Below are positions 48,393 to 57,963 of a stretch of 64,000 bases of DNA, piece after piece. The stretch spans positions 224,001 to 288,000 of the forward strand of contig CAWIPH010000001.1 of NCBI GenBank assembly GCA_963837955.1. Reading direction: 5' to 3'. The notes beneath the pieces are model-generated. The model worked only from the letters and a program-made list of their open reading frames with translations. It did no database searches and was not told the DNA's origin. The number at the start of each line of letters is the position of its first letter. Position 1 is the first letter of the stretch. Made by a program: the position numbers and the translations under genes. The stretch comes from an uncultured Verrucomicrobiae bacterium. Its GTDB lineage: Bacteria; Verrucomicrobiota; Verrucomicrobiia; Chthoniobacterales; JAFAMB01.

Positions 48393-48791
48393 ATGAGCAA
48401 GCACAATGCTGACTCTGAGCGTTCCAAGGATTCGACTGCTTCTATGCGTTTTGAAGAGTTTTCCTTTGGAACGATCTGCATTGATGGCACGACGTACGAG
48501 TATGATGTTGTGATTGATCGGGGAGAAATCCGCAAAAGGAAAAAGAAACCGTCCAAGAAGTTCCGAGAAGAGTTTGGGCATACTCCGCTCTCGATTGAAG
48601 AGGATATACCCTGGAAGTGTCGACGCCTCGTGATTGGTACAGGCGCCGGAGCTTTGCCGGTAATGGAAAAGGTAAAAGAAGAAGCTCGTCGCCGCGAAAT
48701 CGAATTAACGATCGTACCAACAGCCGAAGCGATTAAGACTCTGCAGCAGAACCCAGCCGAAACCAATGCGATCTTGCACTTAACGTGCTGA
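48393..48791 (+). CDS. Mth938-like (DUF498) protein
   Basis: FSFGTI.IDG..YEYDVVI, LVIGTG.GAL, PTAEAI, ILHLTC; core starts at ATG 48444. Confidence 0.88.
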   Translation: MSKHNADSERSKDSTASMRFEEFSFGTICIDGTTYEYDVVIDRGEIRKRKKKPSKKFREEFGHTPLSIEEDIPWKCRRLVIGTGAGALPVMEKVKEEARRREIELTIVPTAEAIKTLQQNPAETNAILHLTC

Positions 48792-48980
48792 AAACGCGAA
48801 GTCGAGACGGTGAGTTTGCCAAAGATCGCGTCAATCAATAAGGGTAAATTATTGGCTGGCCCGTACTCCCCCCGTTCAACGCATGTTCCTGTTGACCTCA
48901 ATCCAAGAATGATAGGCTAGATGGGCTCGGCCGGCGGCACCGAGCAGAGATCATTCTCCTCCCTTTTTCCAACTCATCTG

Positions 48981-49478
48981 TCACTTGTGGTTCCCTTTTC
49001 CCTTTCCTCCCAATCGGCGGTAGCCGGGATGGATGCCAGGTCTCAGTTGCTGGTCCTCCGCAATCCGGGATAGCAATCGCGCGAGCGTTTCTCGCTCACT
49101 TGCGTTAAGGGCGGCGCACAAGGCGTCCTCGTGTTGCCGGGCGATGCGCCCTATCGCTTGCAACGCCTTTTTTCCAGAAGCAGTGAGATACAAGGAGTAG
49201 ATTCGCCGATCGCTGGCGTTCGGACGTCGTTCGATCAGCCCGGATCGCTCCAGCTCATCCAGTATCAACACCAGCCGGCTGGGAAACATGCCGAGGAGAT
49301 CAGCCAATGCCTGCTGGCTAAGCCCGCTCTCCCCACCAATCACGCCAAGAATACCGGCCTGCGGCGGACTCAGCTTTAGCGCCTCGAGCCGTTCCGCGAA
49401 TTTGGCGGCACCCTGGGCGCCGATCTGGGCCAGCAGAAAGGCAACTCCCCGTCGCTCGGTTGGAGAACAGTCAGACAT
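48981..49478 (-). CDS. MarR-family transcriptional regulator
   Basis: LSQQALA..SRLVLILDELE..GLIERR..DRRIYSLYLT..G. Confidence 0.93.
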   Translation of the reverse strand: MSDCSPTERRGVAFLLAQIGAQGAAKFAERLEALKLSPPQAGILGVIGGESGLSQQALADLLGMFPSRLVLILDELERSGLIERRPNASDRRIYSLYLTASGKKALQAIGRIARQHEDALCAALNASERETLARLLSRIAEDQQLRPGIHPGYRRLGGKGKGNHK

Positions 49479-49491
49479 CGTGACAAACATG

Positions 49492-49514
49492 AATCGTTAT
49501 TGACATTAACGATT
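49492..49514. promoter_or_regulatory. Putative MarR operator palindrome
   Basis: AATCGTTA-ttgacat-TAACGATT perfect inverted repeat enclosing TTGACA, between divergent marR and small gene. Confidence 0.65.
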
Positions 49515-49632
49515 ATTGATATGAATGGATATGACGGTTAAGAATATGAACGGTTCGCGTCACCAGCTCAACCAGAAAGGTCGATCAGCCCCTTCCGCAT
49601 CGGCGGACCGTGATACCTCACACCAAAGACGC

Positions 49633-49839
49633 ATGAACTCCCTGAGCGAACGGACCTTGATTCGAACCCTGCACCTGGTGTTGAGCATACCGATTATCGG
49701 ATTTATTTACGGACCGGTCGCGACCATCCCACCGGCAGCCTCGTTCACCCGCTTCGTGGCTGTTCCAGTCGTTGTTATTAGCGGCATCTGGTTATGGCAA
49801 AAGCCGCGCCTGTTACGATGGCTCCGCGCCCGACGCTGA
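49633..49839 (+). CDS. Small two-TM membrane protein
   Basis: ERTLIRTLHLVLSIPIIGFIYGP..PVVVISGIWLWQ; start uncertain (49525-49633). Confidence 0.7.
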   Translation: MNSLSERTLIRTLHLVLSIPIIGFIYGPVATIPPAASFTRFVAVPVVVISGIWLWQKPRLLRWLRARR

Positions 49840-50146
49840 ACTGCCGAAAGTTCCACGGTTCGCCATCCGTCGAGATCCGGATTCCGGACTGCGGCTACTG
49901 GATGCTTAAGCATTTCTTCAAAATGAAAGGAGAAATCCTTTGCAATGTGAGTTGGCTTTGACAACTTCGGGGAATCGCACCCCCCAGATCATGAGCGTCG
50001 AGCCGTCAGGACCGGTGAAACCTCTCATTCTGTGCCCCGATTGGAGCGCTCACGCGCTTGGTCAGGGACAGGAACTTTCGCTCGGGTTTACCTCGAGAAA
50101 CCAGGCACTCTTCCAAGATCAGCACCTGAATTGACCTGTTACACGA

Positions 50147-51022
50147 ATGCGCTGCGAACTAGATCCGGGCACTGTCCGCTGTACGAGCGATTTTACGGGC
50201 TTAACCGAATTTCGGGTTGTCATTCGAGAGTTGCCCAGAAACGGCGGCTTCGGGAGCGGTAGCAGAGGCGGTGGATGCTTCCGGCTCGGATATCGGCCGA
50301 TCGAAGAGCGCGGTAGAACAGTCTTTCGCTTTAGGAATGATCCGGGCCACAGAGTTCGAATGGCCCGGGTGTCCGCTATTATCCCTCCGGACGAACCGTT
50401 TGAGGCTAGCTATTTGGAGGCCGATGGAAAGATCGCGAGCTTTGAAATTTATCCGGCATTCTTTGCGGATGTAATCAGGCGCGCAGGTATTTCTCCGGTG
50501 AACCTGCACCGATTGCCGCCTGCGGGATTCGTCATCAATCGTAGAGTGGATGTTTTATGCTCTTTGCTCATGCGGGAAACCGAGAATGGTGCGTCACTTG
50601 GATCGCTCTACTTCAAGACTCTGGCTACGGCACTCATCATTGCTGTGGCCTCGCAGGCTGACGTTCGGCTACCGGGCGCAGGGAACATTTACATTCAGAA
50701 CCAGCAGATCCAGCGAGCTGTCTCATACATCGAAGCCAATTTTCGCTCTAAACTAACAATTGAGGATCTGGCCAGGGTATCAAACCTGAGTTTGTTCCAC
50801 TTCTGCCGGCTCTTCAGTCGAATGGTTGGATTGACTCCCCACGAATATATCCGTTCTTGCCGAATTCGGTTCGCTGAAAGGTTACTCTGGTTACATGGAG
50901 CTCAATGCTCCATTGCTGAGGTAGCCGCCGAATCCGGTTTTGCTGATCAGGCCCATTTCACTCGACATTTTCGGCGTGTGTTTGGAAAGACACCCAAAGC
51001 CTACCGGCTCCAGCAAGATTAG
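50147..51022 (+). CDS. AraC-family transcriptional regulator
   Basis: LTIEDLA..LSLFHFCRLF..GLTPHEY; IAEVAAESGFADQAHFTRHF..G.TP. Confidence 0.93.
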   Translation: MRCELDPGTVRCTSDFTGLTEFRVVIRELPRNGGFGSGSRGGGCFRLGYRPIEERGRTVFRFRNDPGHRVRMARVSAIIPPDEPFEASYLEADGKIASFEIYPAFFADVIRRAGISPVNLHRLPPAGFVINRRVDVLCSLLMRETENGASLGSLYFKTLATALIIAVASQADVRLPGAGNIYIQNQQIQRAVSYIEANFRSKLTIEDLARVSNLSLFHFCRLFSRMVGLTPHEYIRSCRIRFAERLLWLHGAQCSIAEVAAESGFADQAHFTRHFRRVFGKTPKAYRLQQD

Positions 51023-51174
51023 ACAAAAACAGCGCAAGGGCGTCCTAGCCGTATCGGACCATCGTCTCTAAAAAGGACGGCACAAGGAGTAGTTGGCGCC
51101 GCTCCAACCGTGGACTGAGTGAACGGTTCGCGAGTTTCGGTTCCAACAATTCTTTGAAAGCTAGGACCCCCCCA

Positions 51175-53829
51175 ATGAAAGCTGATTATTTCCCACGACG
51201 GCTGTTTCCCGTCTGCAGCATCGCAGCGATTGCGATTTCAGGTTTCGCACTAAAGGCGCAAGCTCAGCAAGACTCTCCCAAGGTAGAGAAAAGGGTGGAG
51301 AAGATTCTGTCCCAAATGACGTTGGACGAAAAACTTTCTTACATCAGTGGTATGCCTGTTAACTTCGGCAGCCTAAAGGGAGTGTTTGATATTAAGCCGA
51401 TCCCGCGCCTTGGGCTTCCTGAGATCTACGGAACTGATGGCACAATCGGCCTTACCGGCCAAGGCTTCCCACCCGGCACGCGTTTCCCATCCGGGAACCT
51501 GCTTGCTTCCACCTGGAACGCTGACCGGGCAGTGGAGGAAGGAATCACTCAGGGGCGAGAAGCCAGAGCCCGCGGCATACACGAGGTTTTAGGTCCTGGC
51601 GTCGACTTCTATCGAACATCGTTTGGAGGTCGTAGCCCGGAGTACATGACCGGGGAAGACCCCTTCTTAGGCGCTTCGCTCGTTGCGGCCGAGATCAACG
51701 GCATGCAATCGCAACAGCTCATGGCGACGACAAAACATTATCCGTGCAACGACCAAGAGATTAATCGCGCGTCGATTTCCGTTCAGGTCGACGAACGCAC
51801 CCTGCGCGAAATCTACCTTCCGCCATTTGAGGGCGCAGTGAAACTGGGTCACACGGCGGCTTTGATGAGTGCCTTTAATCAAGTCAACGGAGCATTCGCT
51901 TCTGCGAACCTCTTTACGGAGACTACCGTCTTAAAAGAGGATTGGGGTTTTCGAGGATTTATCGAAACCGATTTTGGCGGTGATCACGATGGACTGCAGG
52001 CCGCCTTGGCTGGAAACGATCTGGACATGCCGGGTGGGTCATTTGCCCAAATGACCAGTGCTAACCTTCTTCCGGCTATTCAGTCAGGTCAGCTTCCCCT
52101 CTCCAATATCGATGACAAAGTGCGCCGGATTCTGCGCGAGATTGTCTCCTTCGGTTTTCTCGATCGTCCACAGCTTGACCCCTCCATTCCGGTACACGAT
52201 CCCCGAAGCAAAACAGCTGCGATCGATGTGGCCCGGGAAGGGATCGTTCTTCTGAAAAACGAGCATGGCACCTTGCCACTGGATAAGAATGCAACTCGTC
52301 GGATTGCCGTTATCGGAATCAATGCACAAGGAGAACCACCAACCTGTGGCGGGAGCGCCTCGGTACCGGCATCCACGGAATTCACCAGCGAAATCGATGG
52401 TATCAAGGCTGAGGTTCCCGGAGCCACCGTGGATTACATCGCAGTCTGCGTTCCGGATCCTAGCAGTGCAGCCTGGCAGACGGGACAAGGTTCGGTTGGG
52501 CTGGTTGGTCAATACTACAACAGTAGCGATCTTTCCGGGTCACCGGTGGCCACGCGCATCGATACCGAACTGAACTTCGCTAGTTTCAATGCGACCAACG
52601 TCCCGGTTTCAAACCCGGCCAGCTTTTCGGCGATCTGGACTGGCAAGATTCAGCCGACTATTACGGGCGATCAAGTCATCAAGGTGTCTACCGGGGGTAA
52701 CGTCCGCGTCTATGTGAACAATCAGCTGATCGTTGACGACTTCTCCCCCACCGCCACATCCGATACACCCATATCCGCGGCTCCGCCGATTGTGCCAACA
52801 TCTGGAAAGATCTCTCTGCAAGGCGGCGTAGCGTATGATATTCGGATCGAGGCAAAGAACTTAGGCGCAGGAGGCTTTTTCAGCACAGGCGGCCTCCAGG
52901 TTAGCTGGGCCCCGCTACAGCCCCCGTCAACGCTGGCCGGTTATAACGCTGTTATTCTCGCTGTCGGAACAAACGAACAATATGAGAGCGAAGGTCATGA
53001 TCGATCTTTTCGGCTCCCGGAACAGCAGGATACGCTGATTCAGAATGTAGCGACGATCAATCCTCGAACTATCGTCGTAGTGCACGGCGGCGGCGGGTTT
53101 GACGTCCAAGCTTGGATTAACCAGGTACCGGCTCTCCTTCATGCGTGGTTCCCCGGCCAGTATGGCGGCCAGGCACTTGCCGAAATCCTATTCGGGGACG
53201 TGAGCCCCTCCGGTAAGTTGCCTATTACGATGGAGAAGCATGCCCAAGATAACCCGGCTTATGCGACCTTTCCTACCGATGCGAATGCGGCGACTATCAA
53301 CTATTCAGAGGGCCTTTTCGTCGGCTACCGAGGATACGAAAAGAACCACGTTCAACCTCAGTATCCTTTTGGATATGGATTATCGTACACGAAATTCGGA
53401 TACTCGGATTTAGAGATCTCTCCCGAGGTTTTGTTTTCTCCCTGGTTTTCGTTCGGTAACGATCGGATCGAAGTGAGCTTCACGGTCACCAATACTGGGC
53501 AACGGCCCGGGGCCGAAATTGCTGAGCTCTATGTTGCGCCCTTGAATCCGCCAGTTGTGCGGCCAGCGAAGGAACTCAAGGGGTTCCAGAAGGTTTATCT
53601 TGGGCCGGGCGAATCCAAGAAGGTGACGATCACGTTGGACAGGAGATCGCTCGCATACTACGATGTCAGTGCCCATGCCTGGGATGCCGCACCCGGTCTC
53701 TACGGGATTCTGATTGGCTCCTCTTCCCAAGACATCCGGCTAAATGGAGCGATACTGAACGTGTTTCCAGCGTCATTGTCGGTGCTTGAGAGCACTCCGG
53801 TGCCACAGCAGGACGGGGACCCGTTTTGA
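51175..53829 (+). CDS. Exported GH3 beta-glucosidase/xylosidase with PA14 and Fn3-like domains
   Basis: Signal peptide; KHYPCNDQE, GFIETDFG (nucleophile), LLKNE, PA14 insert, YSEGLFVGYR, FGYGLSYT, ELKGFQKV. Confidence 0.95.
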   Translation: MKADYFPRRLFPVCSIAAIAISGFALKAQAQQDSPKVEKRVEKILSQMTLDEKLSYISGMPVNFGSLKGVFDIKPIPRLGLPEIYGTDGTIGLTGQGFPPGTRFPSGNLLASTWNADRAVEEGITQGREARARGIHEVLGPGVDFYRTSFGGRSPEYMTGEDPFLGASLVAAEINGMQSQQLMATTKHYPCNDQEINRASISVQVDERTLREIYLPPFEGAVKLGHTAALMSAFNQVNGAFASANLFTETTVLKEDWGFRGFIETDFGGDHDGLQAALAGNDLDMPGGSFAQMTSANLLPAIQSGQLPLSNIDDKVRRILREIVSFGFLDRPQLDPSIPVHDPRSKTAAIDVAREGIVLLKNEHGTLPLDKNATRRIAVIGINAQGEPPTCGGSASVPASTEFTSEIDGIKAEVPGATVDYIAVCVPDPSSAAWQTGQGSVGLVGQYYNSSDLSGSPVATRIDTELNFASFNATNVPVSNPASFSAIWTGKIQPTITGDQVIKVSTGGNVRVYVNNQLIVDDFSPTATSDTPISAAPPIVPTSGKISLQGGVAYDIRIEAKNLGAGGFFSTGGLQVSWAPLQPPSTLAGYNAVILAVGTNEQYESEGHDRSFRLPEQQDTLIQNVATINPRTIVVVHGGGGFDVQAWINQVPALLHAWFPGQYGGQALAEILFGDVSPSGKLPITMEKHAQDNPAYATFPTDANAATINYSEGLFVGYRGYEKNHVQPQYPFGYGLSYTKFGYSDLEISPEVLFSPWFSFGNDRIEVSFTVTNTGQRPGAEIAELYVAPLNPPVVRPAKELKGFQKVYLGPGESKKVTITLDRRSLAYYDVSAHAWDAAPGLYGILIGSSSQDIRLNGAILNVFPASLSVLESTPVPQQDGDPF

Positions 53830-53897
53830 GGGCCACGGGTTTGACAACCTCTTCTAATGGGCCACGGCCCCAATCACGTATTTTGCAATTCCCTACC

Positions 53898-54413
53898 CTA
53901 ATCAGCCGGTGGCGGTTCGCCCTTGGGAAGCGCGAAGGAAGTGTAATCGCGTCGCAGCTCAAGGCATAACGCTTCGACGACGAGTTCGTGATCGGCACGC
54001 TGCGGTAAACCAGACACGCTAACCGCTCCGATCACGGCAGTCCCTTTGACATGGATAGGAAAGGATCCGCCATGGGCTGAGAAGTCTGCTACCGGAAGCG
54101 CGTACCTTTCGAGCAAAGTCGTCTTGGCTTGTTTGAGGGTGAGTCCGACGGCGTACGAACTGCGATGGAACCGCGCCACAGTGTTACTCTTTCGACGAAT
54201 CCAATCCGCATTATCCGGAACGGACCCCGGGAGAGCGCAGTAAAAAAGGGGCTGCCCGAAATAATGCACATCGATAACGACGGGTAAGCGGCGATCGATC
54301 GCCAGGTCATGCAATCGATGTCCGAGTTGCCAGGCAACATCGAGATCAAACTGCGGAAACGTTAATTCACTTTCCTGACGGTCAATTCTTTCAAGATCGC
54401 GCTGTAAATCCAT
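53898..54413 (-). CDS. UPF0303/heme-binding GlcG-HbpS-like protein
   Basis: FD..AWQLG, DNADWIRRKSNTV.RF..SS, HGGSFPI, VSGLPQRADH; ATG 54413 with GGAG. Confidence 0.9.
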   Translation of the reverse strand: MDLQRDLERIDRQESELTFPQFDLDVAWQLGHRLHDLAIDRRLPVVIDVHYFGQPLFYCALPGSVPDNADWIRRKSNTVARFHRSSYAVGLTLKQAKTTLLERYALPVADFSAHGGSFPIHVKGTAVIGAVSVSGLPQRADHELVVEALCLELRRDYTSFALPKGEPPPAD

Positions 54414-54536
54414 ATTGTCCTTCTCCACTGGCCTAAGCCAAGAAGCTGACACAAGAAACTATTCAGGAAACAGGATACTTCTGAATCGATCCGCCATTCG
54501 CCGTTTTCTCTAGGCAAATGCCTCTCCCAACTCTCC

Positions 54537-54569
54537 TGACATAAGGCTGTCACAGCCAGGATCTATCCT
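54537..54569 (+). promoter_or_regulatory. Putative WYL-activator box plus -10 element
   Basis: TGACA-taaggc-TGTCA palindrome (54537-54552); TGTCAC-N10-TATCCT. Confidence 0.65.
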
Positions 54570-54645
54570 GCTGGCAGCACTCGATCGGATGTGTTGTCTG
54601 CTTCCTAATCGGCTGCCTTTAAACGCTCAACGAAGAGGACCTACT

Positions 54646-55029
54646 ATGACCACTACTTGGAAACACCTGACATTGACTGATCACGATGCGGATCTGCACG
54701 AACCGGAGTTTGCTTCGTCGCCTTGCAGCATCAAATTCGGTGCGGAACACGATCGCTTGCTAAAAGAGATCGAGGAGTCCGGGCAACAATTTGAGATTGA
54801 GCAGGAAGTCCGTAAGGCTGCTGCCCAGCGCAAGCGTTCCATCGAGCTTTTTGACCCGGTTGAAGATTGGCTTTACTCGCTGATTGCAGCGGCTGCCATC
54901 TTCGCTCTGCTCCTCGGAGTTCTCTGGTTGCCGGATTTCTCGACGTCAAGAGCGGGAGCAGCCGTCGCCAGTCAATCGCAAGCGATCGAGCGGCATCTGC
55001 CGAGCCAAGGCAAGGATGGCAAATTCTAA
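54646..55029 (+). CDS. Hypothetical single-TM protein, putative WYL target
   Basis: ATG with GAGGA; 127 aa, charged helix then TM (WLYSLIAAAAIFALLLGVLWL). Confidence 0.7.
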   Translation: MTTTWKHLTLTDHDADLHEPEFASSPCSIKFGAEHDRLLKEIEESGQQFEIEQEVRKAAAQRKRSIELFDPVEDWLYSLIAAAAIFALLLGVLWLPDFSTSRAGAAVASQSQAIERHLPSQGKDGKF

Positions 55030-55202
55030 CCATTAGCCGCTGAGTTCGGTGGGACCAAACATGCAGCGCCCGATATGGCGTGTTGCCGGCCTCCATCTCC
55101 GTTGTTGCGGGGGTCGGCTCGACAGCGAGGAGCGTTCCCGCAGCCGCCATGCGCGTCAACATATAAGACCGATGTCTGATTCTCTGCCAAGGGGGCGCAT
55201 TG

Positions 55203-55242
55203 TCCTCGTGCGCCGCGGATCGCGAGGCTGCGATCCCTCCCC
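55203..55242. repeat. Family A REP-like hairpin
   Basis: tcctcgtgcgccgcggatcgcgaggctgcgatccctcccc. Confidence 0.85.
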
Positions 55243-55335
55243 GCCCGGGTGGGGGATTGACCGAGAGTTCCTCGGTTCAAAATTTCTCATTCTTGAGTAG
55301 CAGACTCCGCGATCCAATGCCCTATTTTATAGTTA

Positions 55336-56301
55336 GTGAACCGAATCGATCGACTCGTCGCTATCCTCATCTACATGCAGGGTCGCAGGGTTACCCGCGC
55401 CGAGGATATTGCCGATGAATTCGCAACGAGTATCCGCACAGTCTATCGAGACATCGCCGCCTTGGGCGAAGCAGGTGTCCCCGTCGTCGGTGAAGCCGGC
55501 GTCGGATACAGCATAATGAGGGGATACCATCTTCCACCCGTGCACTTTACCACCGAAGAAGCTACCGCACTGATGACCGCCAGCATGTTGATGGATCGTT
55601 TTGCCGACAGCTCGCTCATGCGGTCCATGAGCTCAGCGTTAGCAAAAATCCGCGCAGTTCTCCCCCCGGACCGCCAGGATCACATTGCCCGCCTCGAAAG
55701 CAGGATGTCGCTGCCAAGCACTGCACCCCCAAGTCAACCGGCCAATCTTTTTCTGATACAGAAAGCGCTGGCAGATCGCACGGTCCTGCGGATTTCTTAT
55801 CGTGGCTCGGGCGCAGCAGAACCGCTACGGCGCGAAATCGAACCGTTAGGATTGACCTATTACGGCGACCGATGGCATCTCATTGCTTGGTGCCGAGTCC
55901 GGCAGGATTACCGCGACTTCCGGACCGATCGGATCCAGGCCATGTCGTCTTTGGCCGAACAATTCGGAGCCCATGATCGTTTTTCTTTAACCGATTTTCT
56001 CGGGAGATGGGATGATCCGTCCCAACGCGTCAACGGATTGATCCGAGTCGATCCGTTCGCGGCCGAGCGTATCCGAAAAGAAGCTCCATTCAAGATTCTC
56101 CACGAAGAACGTAACGAACAGGGCGTTACCTTTGCCATCGAAGGCGGCAAATGGGAATGGTATATCGGCTGGTTCCTCTCTTTTGGAGATCACCTTACCG
56201 TTGTTGAACCCGACGATCTACGCATGCTGGTCTGCCAAACGGCCCAGTCGACTGCAAACCACCACAGTACGACCGCACAGACAGACACCCCGAACGGCTA
56301 A
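55336..56301 (+). CDS. YafY-family HTH-WYL-WCX transcriptional regulator
   Basis: MNRIDRL..SIRTVYRDI..GEAGVGY..LPP..FT.EEA; REIEPLGL..WHLIAWC..RQDYRDFRTDRI. Confidence 0.95.
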   Translation: MNRIDRLVAILIYMQGRRVTRAEDIADEFATSIRTVYRDIAALGEAGVPVVGEAGVGYSIMRGYHLPPVHFTTEEATALMTASMLMDRFADSSLMRSMSSALAKIRAVLPPDRQDHIARLESRMSLPSTAPPSQPANLFLIQKALADRTVLRISYRGSGAAEPLRREIEPLGLTYYGDRWHLIAWCRVRQDYRDFRTDRIQAMSSLAEQFGAHDRFSLTDFLGRWDDPSQRVNGLIRVDPFAAERIRKEAPFKILHEERNEQGVTFAIEGGKWEWYIGWFLSFGDHLTVVEPDDLRMLVCQTAQSTANHHSTTAQTDTPNG

Positions 56302-56371
56302 GGACCAGCAGTTGCCCGACAAACCAAGATTGCGCTCGGAACGAGCGAACGCGGAACCGCTCCAGATTGTA

Positions 56372-57772
56372 TCAGCTTGTCTGTTCCTCATCCGCCAAAT
56401 AGCGAATCCGTTTGTTAACGTCCGTGTTAATCGAGTGATAAGGCTGGGCCAAGTTACCCTGCGCAAAAAGGGTTCTACGCATGTATTCCATGTCGTCTTC
56501 GCCGATCGCATCCGTGAAAATTGGTAACAAATAGTCTATGCCGACGCGCGAAGGTTTCATCAGCTTTGGATCATAGAGCGATGGATGCATCCGGCGCGCG
56601 TGAACGTATCCCCAGCGATCCCGGAAGCGGTTTGCATCATATCCTTCGACGTGGAAGCCCCGGCTGGAGTTATATTGCAGAATGGCGACAGCATTGTTTT
56701 GTCCTTCCAACAGGAGTTCTACGGCCTTGGCGCCAAGTTGAGCAGCGTAGAATCGATCGAAAAGGATCGGTCTTCCGCCTCGCTGGGTATGGCCAACTTT
56801 ACGAGTGAAGATCGCTTCGCGGGCCGAATTACCACGTCGATAAAGCTGAAAATAGCGATCGCCGATCATCTGCATAAATTTGTGCCGTAGCGCTTCGGCC
56901 GCACCGCTCAACGCGATATTGCCAGCCGGATCGGTGGTCCTAGTTTCATCGCCGAGCTCCCGACCCTGTTCATCAACGATTCCTTCGCCACAGACAATCA
57001 CGACATTCTTCTGTAGGTCGTACAGCTGCTTTACCCGCTCTACCAGTCGTTCTAGATCCAGAGGATGCTCGGGCAAGAGGATGATGTCCGGCCGGCCGTA
57101 GGCCGAACCAAGCGCGATGTAACCAGAGTGACGCCCCATCACTTCGATAATCGCGATTCGCCGATGGCTTTCCGCTGTGGTGCGAATACGCTCTACACCG
57201 CCAGCTGACACGAATACCGCAGTCGCGTAGCCAGGAGTGACATAATTGACAACGTATTCCAGGTCGAAGACCGCCTGAACACCTCTATGCTCGTAGCGAT
57301 ATCCACTTTTGGAGTCTTGGCCGTTTACGCGGACCCATTCATCGGGTTCGCTCGGATAATTGAGGCCGAGATCATTATCGATGGTTTTCGGTGCGAGGAC
57401 AGTAGGCAGGCGTTCAGCCAGTGGTTGCAGGCCGTTGAGTGTGCCGTCGCCTCCGACACAGATGAGCCCTTCAATGCCAAGCCTTTTCAGACGTGACGCG
57501 ATCAAGTCCAGTTCGGTCTTTCTTTCCGGGTCCACGAAGTCCCGCGACGAACCGATCATGGTACCGCCCTTGGTGGGGTCAATCTCCGGAATCTCCTGGT
57601 AGAGCGGGTTGAGATGAACGTGGGGAACACGCGGGTTAAAGAGACAATTGAAGCCTTTGATCAAGCCAAAGATTTCGACCTTGAGCTGGTTGGCCCGAAC
57701 AACCGCGCCCTGGATTGTAGCGTTCATTGCCGGCGTGTCACCGCCTGCGGTCAGGATCCCAATGCGTTTCAT
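56372..57772 (-). CDS. pfkA: 6-phosphofructokinase (PfkA family) with insertion
   Basis: GILTAGGDTPAMNA, GGDGT, PKTIDND, EVMGRHSG, GHTQRGG. Confidence 0.9.
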   Translation of the reverse strand: MKRIGILTAGGDTPAMNATIQGAVVRANQLKVEIFGLIKGFNCLFNPRVPHVHLNPLYQEIPEIDPTKGGTMIGSSRDFVDPERKTELDLIASRLKRLGIEGLICVGGDGTLNGLQPLAERLPTVLAPKTIDNDLGLNYPSEPDEWVRVNGQDSKSGYRYEHRGVQAVFDLEYVVNYVTPGYATAVFVSAGGVERIRTTAESHRRIAIIEVMGRHSGYIALGSAYGRPDIILLPEHPLDLERLVERVKQLYDLQKNVVIVCGEGIVDEQGRELGDETRTTDPAGNIALSGAAEALRHKFMQMIGDRYFQLYRRGNSAREAIFTRKVGHTQRGGRPILFDRFYAAQLGAKAVELLLEGQNNAVAILQYNSSRGFHVEGYDANRFRDRWGYVHARRMHPSLYDPKLMKPSRVGIDYLLPIFTDAIGEDDMEYMRRTLFAQGNLAQPYHSINTDVNKRIRYLADEEQTS

Positions 57773-57963
57773 GATGCGTTCACAAACGTTTGATTTGATC
57801 GGCCCAATAGTGTCAGCCAGTCTCTAGTAGTCCCGACAACACTTCGATTCCATGGGTTTTGTTTTAGAGGCTATGTACGTGCGCTACCCGCAGAACCTCC
57901 ACGTGGAGGTGAAGTGAATTCGAGGAGCCAGAATTCAGACGCGAGGCAGGTTCCTTCTGCCAG

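Noticed and set aside
55336..56301. WYL as regulator of a defence island (BrxR/CapW type)
   Set aside because: YafY/HTH_11 architecture and no defence genes nearby
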